Source: Chrysomallon squamiferum
Lineage: Eukaryota > Animalia > Mollusca
Direction: 5' to 3'
NCBI GenBank assembly: GCA_012295275.1
Contig: CM022675.1
Coordinates: 2,480,001-2,544,000 of the forward strand
Length of the DNA stretch: 64,000 nucleotides
Under the pieces are notes generated by a model. It saw nothing but the letters and a program-made list of their open reading frames with translations. It had not been told where the DNA came from and did not search any database. A program made the position numbers and the translations under genes. The stretch's first letter is position 1, and each line of letters starts with the position of its first letter. Positions 1 through 12,186 of the stretch are shown here, piece after piece.

Positions 1-188
1 TATTTCCGACTTTTCTCAAAGACAAACTTTAGGATTACTGGAAAATTAGCAACAAATTAAGATTTTATGTGTTAAAAATTTCTAAAGAGAACAAACCTTT
101 CCGTTTCCTCAGTCCCTATAACTTGAAGAATATTTTGAGAAATGTTAAATTTAGAAACTAATATTTAACAGTTGTTGTTTAATGTTAT

Positions 189-355
189 CTGCACATATCA
201 TACCATCATCATTTCTGTGCGTACCCTTTGTATTGCCCCATACAAAACTACACTGGTCAAGACTGGTTTCGTTTCCCAAACAGTAAACAATACGAATGAA
301 GATAGGTCCCGACCCTTCACCAAAATGGGCTTGACGAACTGCTGTTGCATTTGAA
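189..355 (-). pseudogene. Degenerate SRCR4 second-half exon (possibly the continuation of gene copy A)
   Basis: 167 nt like its paralogs; SNATAVRQAHFGEGSGPIF...YCLGNETSLDQC...ICA. AG acceptor intact, donor reads AT instead of GT, and the Cys before His is lost. Confidence 0.8.
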
Positions 356-809
356 CTGTAAAACGTATGATACGTCGTTTTAACTTTTAATTTCATTTTA
401 ATACTTTGATGAATATAAATTAAAGAAGTCAATAATTTATTTTAAAAATAATACTAAATAAATAATAAAATAAAGAATAGAAATAAATAAATAAATAATG
501 AAACAAAATTCCGGAAGGTAATTAAGATCAGTTCAATCAGTATATTATACAAACCTTTCTAGACATCACAAACTTGTTTAAGTAGTTACTAATACTTGTT
601 CTATGAGGTCCTTATCTCTTAACCATTTAAAACTTGATATACTAAAGCACGTACTTATGAGTGAATTAAATGTGTGAACTAAAATAATAACAATAACAAC
701 AACAAAAAAAGTATTTATTAATGAGAAAAGGGACACATGTCTATTTTTTGTTCCCTTATATTTTCTGTAAACGGCTTTTATAATAATTATTATTATTATT
801 ATTATTATT

Positions 810-845
<36 letters not shown>

Positions 846-848
846 ATC

Positions 849-907
<59 letters not shown>

Positions 908-1523
908 ATAAACAATTTAATTAGCCTGAACATTAATTTTATATAGATGAGCCGGTCAATTTAATTGTTCTCCGACTTCGTCATTGAACCGTGCATTTTC
1001 AAAATCATACCACGCTACATTTGTATCTTAAGAATACTGTGTGACAGCAGGAGGCTTTGGGTGTAATACTTTGGTTACGATGAAGTATCACTATGAGAAA
1101 GACCTAGGTAAATGGTTAGTGGGGCAATCACAGGTTGTCCCAGTTGTAAGAGACCCCTGTTCTAAATGTAATACTAGCGAAACCAGTTTTATAACAATTT
1201 CTTCATAAACTTGTCAGACATGTTTGGACGCACGTATTTCGATCCTTTTTTATTTAAACTCATATTTATTACAGATCTGTATTTTTAAACGATATTTTCA
1301 AATACGTAATAGTGATGTTTAAATGTCGGTCTCTTTCTTACGTTCACATTTTTTAAGTGTAATAGTTAACTTTATAGTAAACGAGTCTGGTGCGTTAAAT
1401 TCATAACTAGATTTTAGAAGAAAATGTTGTTTGATTCACTACCAACATACAGAGGCATACATGTGCGTTCGCAATGCGAAGACGACAGACAAAAACGAAA
1501 AATAATAATTGTAAACAAAATGC

Positions 1524-1556
<33 letters not shown>

Positions 1557-2104
1557 TAATAATAATAACAACAACAACGATAACAACAACAACAACAATA
1601 ACAAAACAACAAGTATAACGAAATCAAGTAAATGTAACCATTTCACTATGGAAGGTTGTGTTCTTTGTTTGTTTGTTTTTTGTTTTTTGTTTGTTGTTTT
1701 GAGTGGATTTCATTAAGTAAGTTATGAATAATTATTGTCGTAATAGCACTGTAGTTTAGAATGCTATATTTTATTAAGTATGTTTTTAATAATGATTATC
1801 ATAACGGCACTTTTTATTGCAGAATGTATTTCTATTTATAAATTTATTAAACAAAATCTTGTTAGTTTCTGTATGGTGTGAATCTTGCATCTAAAAGTAC
1901 ATAAAATGTGCCTTCTTACTGTTCAGTATTCTTTATTTGCAAACATGAGCATACTCACATCACGATAAAATGACGTTATAACGCAAGTTTCATTAAATCT
2001 GTAAGTATCAAGTAAGTGCGGTTGTATTTGTAAGTAACATGAACATCAAACAATATCTTAGTAAGGTTAATGAATTAATAAAGGAAACATATCACACGAG
2101 ATTC

Positions 2105-2322
2105 ATTGTTCAGGAACGTCTGACACGGGCCAGAATACACCAACACTGGCGACTCAGACAATGGCATCAGACATTATTCACAGACGAATCAATGTTTCGT
2201 GTTTGTAGGCGACTGGGAGAACGATGCATGGGACCTACTTGGCCGTAGAAAACCATCCTCATATTCATAATGTCCATGATTTACAAATTTCTCTGAAGAA
2301 AAGTAAAAAGCACTAAAATAAA

Positions 2323-2330
<8 letters not shown>
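2105..2330 (+). mobile_element. Short duplicate of the Tc1 transposase fragment 3' part
   Basis: Near-identical to ~3500-3725; encodes QERLTRARIHQHWRLRQWHQTLFTDESMF. Confidence 0.8.
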
Positions 2331-2359
<29 letters not shown>

Positions 2360-2939
2360 CAACAACAACAACAACAACAAAAAACGTTGTAATAAATTAA
2401 TTCTAATTTGGTTTTTGCCTCACACAAGGCAGAGATGTTTACTGCAGAATGCTGGGTTTCACTAAGTTATTAATCATTATTCTTATAACAACTGTTTACG
2501 ACAGAAAGATGGATTTTACTAAGCAAGTAATAAATTATGATTCTTATAACAGTCAGAAAGTTATTATATGTATTAAAAATGACATATCCTCTTCTTTTCC
2601 GGTCGAGTGGAACTTCTGTTACATAAGTTTATTTTGGTGAAGGAAATAACCGATCTAGCCATGCAGGTGATATTCAAACATTAATGATAACGTTTACAAT
2701 ATTCTTATTTATAAATATATTCAGAAGAAGCCAATGCTTCCTGTAACTGTTTCCTATATCAAGATTTAGTAATGACGATGCTGCATAAACAGAGAAATCA
2801 TTTATTCATGTTTGATACAAAACAAAAAAAATGGAATAATAAAGGACTTAAAATGAATAAATAAATAAACAAATAAATAATAATAATAATAATAATAAGA
2901 TCGGCAAACTGATGATGGAAAAACTGAAATATAAATTAA

Positions 2940-3640
2940 AACGAAGAGATATGACTTGATAATATGTTAGTTACATCCGACCTGTCGCTTTGTGAAGTGA
3001 AAAGAACACCGTTTGTCAAATCGCACGCCGTTGTGTGTGTGCACGTGGAATCACCGTGAGCTCGTGCTGTACCAGCAGCGCGTGAACTGAACCAGAAACA
3101 ACAGGAAGAATTCGTTATAATGGGTCGCTGTCCAGGCTAAACGGAAAATCAACGTCAAGAAGCCATAGGACGGAATCACGCCCCCAACAAGTAAACGACG
3201 TCGCTCAGTACTTTGGTGTTCATGACAGAAGCATATGACGAATCCAACACCGCGTACACCAAACTGAGCAAGTGCGAGATCCACCACGTTCTGGTAGACC
3301 ACGATTAACTACTCCAAGGGAAGACACGTATTTAGTGATGTCGTCTCGACGTCACAGGTTCGAAAGTGTTCCACGTTTAGCCCGTATTTTACAGCAAACC
3401 ACAGACACTAGAATTCATGTTCAAACTCCGTAACCGTCTCCATGCTGCTTGACTACAAGCACGTCACCCTGTTGAAGCTCTTCATCTGACAACGCGGCAC
3501 ATTCAGGAACGTCTGACATGGGCCAGAATACACCAACACTGGCGACTCAGACAATGGGATCAGACATTATTCACAGACGAATCAATGTTTCGTGTTTGTA
3601 GGCGACTGGGAGAACGATGCATGGGACCTACTTGGCCGTA
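2940..3640 (+). mobile_element. Degraded Tc1/mariner transposase fragment
   Basis: From ATG ~3120, with stops and frameshifts: VNDVAQYFGVH (HTH), PRSGRPRLTTPRED (GRPR motif), WARIHQHW..QWDQTLFTDES (first catalytic D). Confidence 0.85.
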
Positions 3641-3726
3641 GAAAACCATCCTCATATTCATAATGTCCATGATGTACAAATTTCTCTGAACCGGGAAATA
3701 AAAGAAAAGTAAAAATCAATAAAATA

Positions 3727-3764
<38 letters not shown>

Positions 3765-3788
3765 ATAATAATAATAATAATAATAATT

Positions 3789-3829
<41 letters not shown>

Positions 3830-3830
3830 T

Positions 3831-3863
<33 letters not shown>

Positions 3864-4210
3864 GTAATAATAATAATAATTATAATAATAATTTTAATAA
3901 TTTTAATAATAACAGTAATGTTATGACATAATGTACGTTCTATTGCTTCCTTTCACTTAAATATCACTGGTTTACTGAATCGATTGAAAACAAATATGGA
4001 TTATTTTCATAAGCATTCCTTTAACTATTGTTTTTTCAAATTGTTTGCATTTACAATTTTTTCATTTATTATTTTATATTTCTTTGTATTGTTGTTATTT
4101 TATCTGTTTGATTACTATATTTTTTTCTTGTTTTTTCTTTTTGGTAATTCGTCTACTAAACTTTATTAGATTTAGTTTTATTTTATTTCATTATTATTAT
4201 TATAATTATT

Positions 4211-4242
<32 letters not shown>

Positions 4243-4471
4243 TATTGTAATTGGTTTAAATTTATGTATTACACATGAAGCTGTCACACAGCTGTCACCT
4301 GCTGTCATACAGTATTCTAAAGATAAAAATGCAGAGTGGTATGATTTTCACGATGCAAGGTTCACTGACGAAGGTTAGATTAACCCGGGTCACGTATACG
4401 AAACTAATGTTCAAACTTACCAACTTGATAGTAAAGACTTTTTTTTCTTTTTTCGTCAGTGTTTATGTAAC

Positions 4472-4588
<117 letters not shown>

Positions 4589-4659
4589 CAGAATAATCAG
4601 AATCATAATAATAATAGTAGTAATAATAACGATAATAATAACAATAATGATATAATAAT

Positions 4660-4694
<35 letters not shown>

Positions 4695-4762
4695 AGAAAT
4701 AAGAATAAGAAGAAGAAGAAGAAGAAGAAGATGAAGATGAATACGATGAATAATTATAATTA

Positions 4763-4793
<31 letters not shown>

Positions 4794-4810
4794 ATGAACA
4801 CGATCTCTCT

Positions 4811-4904
<94 letters not shown>

Positions 4905-5113
4905 TCTGTCTCTCTCTGTCTGTCTGTCTCTCTCTGTTTATCTCTCTCTGTCTATGTTTAACTGCAGAAGCCCCCACAAAAAAAAATACTACTACTAATA
5001 AATAAATAAGTAATGAAAAATAATAATAAGCAATGTATTTATGAACTATACAAATAAAAGAAAAAGAAAAAAAAAAAGAATGCATTGATTTTATTGTTAT
5101 GTTAATTTTCTAG

Positions 5114-5270
5114 TGGACATATCAAACATTGAATTACGACTAGTTGGTGGTCCAGACAGTAACTACGGTGTCGTTGAAGTGAAAATAAACAATGAGTGGG
5201 GCAGAATGTATGATGCTTTTCCTTCGTCAACAGTTGCTAGAGTTTTATGCAGAACACTTGGATTTAACGA
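5114..5270 (+). CDS. Copy C exon: SRCR3 first half
   Basis: AG/GT flanked, 157 nt; ELRLVGGPDSNYGVVEVKINNEWGRMYD...VLCRTLGFN. Confidence 0.85.
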
Positions 5271-5368
5271 GTAAATAGAAACAGAATGTAATATTAAAGC
5301 AGTTAAATATCACTTAAAACCATGTACTAATACCACTAAAGCTAATAATAATGATGATGATGATGATG

Positions 5369-5399
<31 letters not shown>

Positions 5400-5504
5400 T
5401 AATAATAATGATAAAATGAGATCTCTAATAACATTTAAACTGATATAAAAACTGACATAATTACTCTATATAAATTGATGTACTTTTTATGTATTTATTT
5501 AAAG

Positions 5505-5677
5505 AAGTTATAAAGCAATATTACTGAGTGAGCGTGAGCATAATCTGACGTCAAGCAACAAAAAGATTTGGACATCAAATGTGTATTGTACAGGACTGGA
5601 AAAGAACATTAATGAGTGTTACCTTAGAGTTATAGTATACGATGATCATGAGAGGTACACAGCCCTGCTCTGTTCAG
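5505..5677 (+). CDS. Copy C exon: SRCR3 second half
   Basis: AG/GT flanked, phase 2-1; KIWTSNVYCTGLEKNINEC...ALLCS. Confidence 0.85.
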
Positions 5678-5869
5678 GTAATGTATTTTAGACAGCAGTC
5701 TCTACATATCTACCACATGTTTAATCATTTCTTCTATGGAGAATAACATTCATTGTATTAGAGACAAAACACAACGAAATTAATAATGCGATAAAACCTA
5801 AGTGATAAATTGTATGTGTGATATAACAAGACAATTTAGTTTCTTATAGGCTTTTGTTTCTTACTGCAG

Positions 5870-6020
5870 AAGATAAAGCAGAAATTCGTCTGGTTGGAGG
5901 CAGTTCAGAACGAGAAGGTCGAGTAGAGATTAAATATCTTGGAATGTGGGGCACAGTCTGTGATAAATATCATACTGATTACAACGCAGCTGTTTACTGC
6001 AGAATGCTGGGTTTTACTAA
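5870..6020 (+). CDS. Copy C exon: SRCR4 first half
   Basis: IRLVGGSSEREGRVEIKYLGMWGTVCDKY...VYCRMLGFT; GTAAGT donor. Confidence 0.9.
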
Positions 6021-6245
6021 GTAAGTTATTAGTAATGATTATTATAACAAATGTTTACTTTTGATTGCTGGGTTTCACTAAGTAATATATTAATAATGAT
6101 TATTTTAACAGCTGTTTACTGCAGAATGTTCGGTTTCAGTAAGTGATTTGTTAATGATTACTATTTTACAGGAGAGTTTTGTTTTATTAACTAAGTTATT
6201 GTGACTGATTATGATAACTGCTGTTACTAAGTTATTAATAATATT
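5985..6245 (+). repeat. ~60-bp minisatellite repeating the SRCR4a exon end plus donor
   Basis: Repeated CTGTTTACTGCAGAATGCTGGGTTT.ACTAAGTAAGTTATT units, decaying downstream. Confidence 0.8.
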
Positions 6246-6533
6246 TTTTATTTCAGAAAGCTAGCATTCATGGAATAACTAGTTGATAATAAGTATGATT
6301 AACAGACTCGATTTTGTATTTAGTTTTTATTATTCTTATTAGTATTACTTTTAGGACACATCTCTCTTTCTTTTCGAAATTACTAATGATGATTATTATG
6401 ATAGCTGTTTGATTACGTAAGACACTAAACATGATTATGGTAGCTCCTTATTACATCCTTGTAAGAAGGATTATTACAAATGTGATGACAGTAAAGAAAT
6501 ACATTTTCAAATGACTCATTCCATGTTTTACAG

Positions 6534-6700
6534 TTCAAATGCAACAGCAGTTGGTAGTGCTTATTTTGGTGAAGGATCGGGACCTATCTTTCTGCGTAAT
6601 ATTCATTGTTTGGGAAATGAAACAAGTCTTGAGCAGTGCAGTTTACAATGGGGTAACTATGCCTGTCGCCACGAAAAAGATGCTGGTATCAAATGTGCAG
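6534..6700 (+). CDS. Copy C exon: SRCR4 second half
   Basis: SAYFGEGSGPIFLRNIHCLGNETSLEQC...ACRHEKDAGIKCA; AG/GT flanked, 167 nt. Confidence 0.9.
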
Positions 6701-6818
6701 GTAACACTAACCAAGTGTTGATCACTATGTTTCTAGTTTTACTCTTTTTACCTGTTGTTCATAATAATTTTTCTAAGTATGAGTACCCATCATTTATTCC
6801 TTATTACTGATATTATTC

Positions 6819-6909
<91 letters not shown>

Positions 6910-7003
6910 AAGAAGTAGTTGTAATAATAGTAATTTCTTCTTTTTTATTCATCTTCTTATTTCTTGTAATAATAATATGAATATTGCAATTCATTTTAAA
7001 CAG

Positions 7004-7097
7004 AGCTAGAATCAGGCACTATCAGGGTGGAATCATGTACTGCTGATAATCAGAAAACTGGAGAAGATGCTGAATCTTTGACAATCATTGAAGACAG
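7004..7097 (+). CDS. Copy C exon: ZP-C resumed
   Basis: LESGTIRVESCTADNQKTGEDAESLTIIED; AG/GT, phase 1-2. Confidence 0.85.
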
Positions 7098-7272
7098 GTA
7101 AACTTATATTTATTTATTTTTTATTTTAACAGGTTTGTTTATATATTTATACTTGTTTAGCACAGAACTGATGAACATGGATTTTCAGTCGCCTCCGAGA
7201 AAACGAGAAGCACTAGCAAATAACGATCATCATCATCATCATCAAGATCATCAATATTATTATTATTATTAA

Positions 7273-7309
<37 letters not shown>

Positions 7310-7651
7310 TTAATTGTGCATTTTTATTGTATATATGTATTTATATATATATATATATATATATATGTTATTATTAGTAGTAGAAATAGCAGTAGTATTG
7401 CTGTTTTGTTCTGTTTCTTTTTCACTTCAACAATTCAGAGACATTCTCGATTCACACAACTATATTTTACATACATTAGTGACCTCTTGATAAACAACCT
7501 AACTGCAGACTAATTACTTTAGAATAAATAACTTTATAATTTCTAAAAGCTGAAATAAGCGACACTCTTTCTAAAAAAAATCGAGAGTTTATTTAGATCG
7601 AGGAAACTAAAGAGAAATGCTATTTTATGTTATATTCTTTTACTTATTCAG

Positions 7652-7817
7652 CTGTCCTTCGTCCGAGATCGCTAAACTGATGATACAGGAACCTGAAAGA
7701 TCAGGAAACAACGTCACATTCAAGATGAAAGCTTTCACCTTTAACAAAAACAACGCAGTCTCTACAGAATGTTCTGTCAAAGTTTGTCCTCCAGGTCAAA
7801 AATCTCAGTGCGACCCT
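7652..7817 (+). CDS. Copy C exon: ZP-C core
   Basis: CPSSEIAKLM...FKMKAFTFNKNNAVSTECSVKVCPPGQKSQCDP (ZP-C CP, AF.F and C.V.vC motifs). Confidence 0.9.
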
Positions 7818-7868
7818 GTAAATTTTAACATTTCTAAACAAACTTTAACGTTGGTTGTACTAAAGTTG

Positions 7869-7905
<37 letters not shown>

Positions 7906-8224
7906 TAGTTAATTTATATATTTATTTATTGTTTCGTGATGCGAGGATTTTAAAGGGAAAAATAAATAATTATGATTACCTTACTAACAATACTTGAAGA
8001 CAACAGTCATTTCGATCTTGTTGATTTATATTATTTTTTATTACTATTGCTATTATTGTTGTTATTATTATAATTATTATTATTATTACTATTATTATTA
8101 TTATTGTTATTATTATTTCATTGTCTTGATGGCTATATTTGTTTCAAGATGGAGAAATTTTCAACGTTTTCGGCAAAACTAGAAATCAGACAATCAAATT
8201 TCACATTCATATTTATAATTTCAG

Positions 8225-8329
8225 GTGGACTGCAACGGGAAGGCAGAGTCTGGAAGAAAACGAAGATCGGCTGAAACATCTGATGAACTTGTCAGAAAAA
8301 TCATTTTCTGTCCTGGACGTGATGAATGA
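8225..8329 (+). CDS. Copy C exon: furin site, ending in a premature stop
   Basis: VDCNGKAESGRKRRSAETSDELVRK, then a +1 shift in the A-run at ~8296-8300 gives TGA at 8327-8329. Confidence 0.8.
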   Translation: MDCNGKAESGRKRRSAETSDELVRKIIFCPGRDE

Positions 8330-8531
8330 AGATCGAACAACAGATGAGTTTATTTGTTTTCTTTAATTTTAATCGTATTTGCGATTCGTTTTGTGATATT
8401 AATCAAACAGTTTAATAGAGATTTTCTTTCGTATACATTAAACAAACAGTTAAATGGAGATTTTAGTTCATATATATTAGCTGCAAGAACGTTTCCAAAA
8501 ATCTGACATTTGACAACGTACTACATTCTAG

Positions 8532-8682
8532 GTATCTCACAGGTGAAGAACATGGATCTGATCAACTTGGTATCAACAACACGATTCTGATTGTTCTCTG
8601 TGTTGTCATGGTGATCATCTTCGCACATGTCATTGGGATTGTGGTGAACGTTTTCCTGAAGAAGAAAAAGTCCAATCAGTAA
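8532..8682 (+). pseudogene. Copy C decayed transmembrane exon
   Basis: 7-nt deletion near the 5' end relative to B; polar substitutions (L>H, V>N) in the TM; upstream donor dead. Confidence 0.75.
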
Positions 8683-8899
8683 AATGAATATGTCAACAAA
8701 CATGACATTTAGTGAACTTGACAAATATTTCATATACATTAGTACCGAACTGAAGTTGAAAACTGTTTATACTTTTAGATAAAATTGCTTTTGTTTAAAA
8801 TTCGTCTTCGCTTTAGTATATTTCACTAACGACATTACGTTTTGCTAATTATTTGTCTTCCTTTTTCTTTCTTTTTCTTTCTTTCTTTCTGTTTTCAGA

Positions 8900-8943
<44 letters not shown>

Positions 8944-9072
8944 TATTTTATTACATTTCTTTTTAAATTCTAACTGTTTTATTGTTTATGCATTCATTTC
9001 TGTTATACCTTTCTTTCTTTTTTCTTTTTTTCTTTTTTCTTGCTTGTTTTTCATTTCGTTTGGCATGATTCG

Positions 9073-9149
<77 letters not shown>

Positions 9150-9873
9150 GTTTGCATTTAGTTTTATTTTCGTTTCTTTTTTTTTCTGTTGCTTCTTTTC
9201 CTATTCCTGTAGCTGGATTCATATTTTTTATGTATTTTAATTCATTTATTAGTATTTTGTATTATATATATATTTGCAATAGTTTGAATAAAGCATATTG
9301 GTGTGCATCTCATGTAGTTTATTTTCTGTAATATCTCGTAGATATTATTTGAGATTTATTTAATGTTTATATAATTATTATTAATACAATATTCGGGGTA
9401 TTCGGCTTGTTGTATAAATTCATGTCAGAAGAAAAGCTTTTTTCCTGCTATTTCCAAGATGAAGATTCTTGTTGTAATTATCATATTACTTCATGCATAT
9501 AACGATGTTTTTCCTGACTGTTTTCTAGTTTAGATTACTGTACTTACACAACGAGCTATCAGTAAAGACTGCAGAGAATCAATTGATGTCAAGTGATATT
9601 GTTTTATACCGTTACTGATGAAAATTATGAATAGTTTAAAAAAAAAGAATTTGTCTTCTATTTAATTTCTCTATTCAGTTTTATCTTTGGTGTTACTCTA
9701 TCGCTGATTCTTCAACTTATTTTTTTCTCCAGTTTAATATTGTCACTTATAGTGAAATCATTCAAGAAGTGTTTTTCGTCCATTACCATGAAGTGTAACA
9801 GTAGAGGTAACAGTTGTCGTGGTAGTAGTAGGAGTATTATTAGTACCAGCAGCAGCAACTGAACGAATAGCAA

Positions 9874-9928
<55 letters not shown>

Positions 9929-10541
9929 GGTATTATTATTATAAGAAGTAGTAGTACTACCAGTATACCTGTATATGTGCAGCACTAAAGAGAAAAGACA
10001 ACTGTGAATTAATTTACTATAACAAAGATCCGCTTAGAGATGACAAGAAAAAGGCAGACATGTTTGTTGCTACATTTAACAACAGACAAAACTAAACTAA
10101 ATATCTGTCGAGACATAACAAGAGAGACTATTGTCGTCACAGATGAGTGCAAGTATCCATTGCTCGTGTTTTTATGCTCAGATATGTTTATTATTTACTT
10201 AATGTTTTCCTCAAAATAGTTTTATCTACTTTTATCTGAAAAGAATAATGGAAGTACAATATAATAACTAATAAAAATAAGTAATATGTGAAATAGAATA
10301 AAGGACACACATAAAAACACAAACACACAGAAACACTATTTTTTCACTTTTCACGTTTCAGTAAAATAATACAGAATCATCAATGTAACATGTATCAGAT
10401 TATAACATTTCTTTCTAATTTTATTTCATTAAAGGATGGCTTTATTAAGATGAATAAATAAATAAATAAATAATTTCGCTGTCAGACTATCTGAAGATAT
10501 TGAAAAACAAACCTAGGCTTTTGAAATTCATAGTTTAAGTG

Positions 10542-10608
<67 letters not shown>

Positions 10609-10949
10609 CATTTACATTAAAACCCTTGAATGCCTATACTACATTTTTGCCACAGTTAGTAAGTTTTTTAACTACTCAATGAAATTACATTTTCACTACT
10701 TAATTAAGTACTTATAGATCAATGTCAATATAATCTTGTACAATTATGATGATCAAACTATGATATCAAATCATGATGTGTAGTCGTTGCTCATTGGTCG
10801 TGCTGTCACGGGTTAAGATGCCACCAAAAGTTCAGTGAATGTTCGCATTCATCTGCCTGTTTATAACATTAGTCTATTCTGTAACTATTTACCAAGCTGG
10901 AATTATAATGTACTTAGGTATGTTTGGTTTGATTATTAATTCGGACAAA

Positions 10950-11013
<64 letters not shown>

Positions 11014-11109
11014 TAATAATAATAATAACAACAACAGCAATAATAATTAAAAAGTTAAAAATGATTATTATCATAAAATGTACAGATAATTCATTTATAG
11101 TATAGGTTT

Positions 11110-12072
11110 GATGTCTCGGGGTAAAACTGTTTGTGTGTCTAACAAAAAGATACAACAATCCAACTATTATTATATACACACAAATGAGAGACTTACAATT
11201 TTAACACTGGGATGAATTTATGCAATCTTAGGACGATGTTTTACTCTCTTTTTTTAATATTATCTTAAACACAAATAAAAAATATGAATGTAAAGTATTA
11301 ACTTCTCTCTTAAACAATATTTAAAACAACAGAAGAAAATAAAATTATAAAAAGGAAGAATTAAAATACTAATGATGCTACTAATACCAGTACTACTTGT
11401 GCTACTACTACCACTACTACTACTGCCACTACTCTACTACTATTATTATTATTACTACACTACTACCACTACTACTACTGCTACTACTACTACTGCTACG
11501 ATTACTACTACTATTATAAATACTACTACTGTTACCACTACTACTACTACTATTAATACTACTACTGCTAGCACTACTACTACTACTACTATTAAGACTA
11601 CTAATATTGCTATGATTATTATTATTATTACTACTACAACTGCTACCACTACTACTACTATTAATACTATTACTGCTACCACTACTGTTAAGACTACTAC
11701 TATTGCTACTATTACTACTACAGTAGTTCGCCATCAATGCTGATGTAAATACAATAAAAGTAAAATCAAACATTCACTGTCAGTCAGTTGGGTGTGACGG
11801 ATATCTTGACATTTTCCTCTCTAATGTATTTCATTTTCACTCTACTTACCACACTGGCTATATTTCTCACACTTGTCTATTTACAGTGATATTTTATTTG
11901 CTGATATTAATAGTTTAAGAAAATATTAAGAAAAGAGACTAAAACATCGTCCTCAGATTGCACACACTCATCCAGGTGTTACGAGAGTAAGTCTCACATT
12001 TGTGTGTAGATAATAATACATCGAATTTCGTAGCTTTTGTTTGACATACAAACAGTTTTACCTCGAGACATC
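11110..12072. repeat. ~185-bp imperfect inverted repeat pair enclosing a (CTA/ACT)n compound microsatellite
   Basis: ~11110-11295 is the reverse complement of ~11875-12072 (GATGTCTCG.GGTAAAACTGTTTG...GGACGATGTTTTA). The same structure occurs at ~32515-33478 and ~54245-55275. Confidence 0.75.
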
Positions 12073-12134
12073 GCTACGAAAATGCTTCACTGATCGTGTA
12101 TGGCTTGCTGTTTGTTGACTTGTATTGTGTATGT

Positions 12135-12186
<52 letters not shown>

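Larger units (their letters stand above)
5114..8682 (+). pseudogene. EGF-ZP/SRCR gene copy C, 5'-truncated (SRCR3, SRCR4, ZP-C remainder, furin exon, decayed TM exon)
   Basis: Eight exons paralogous to B/D. No upstream exons are present in 1-5100. The furin exon frameshifts to TGA at 8327 and its donor is mutated. Confidence 0.75.
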
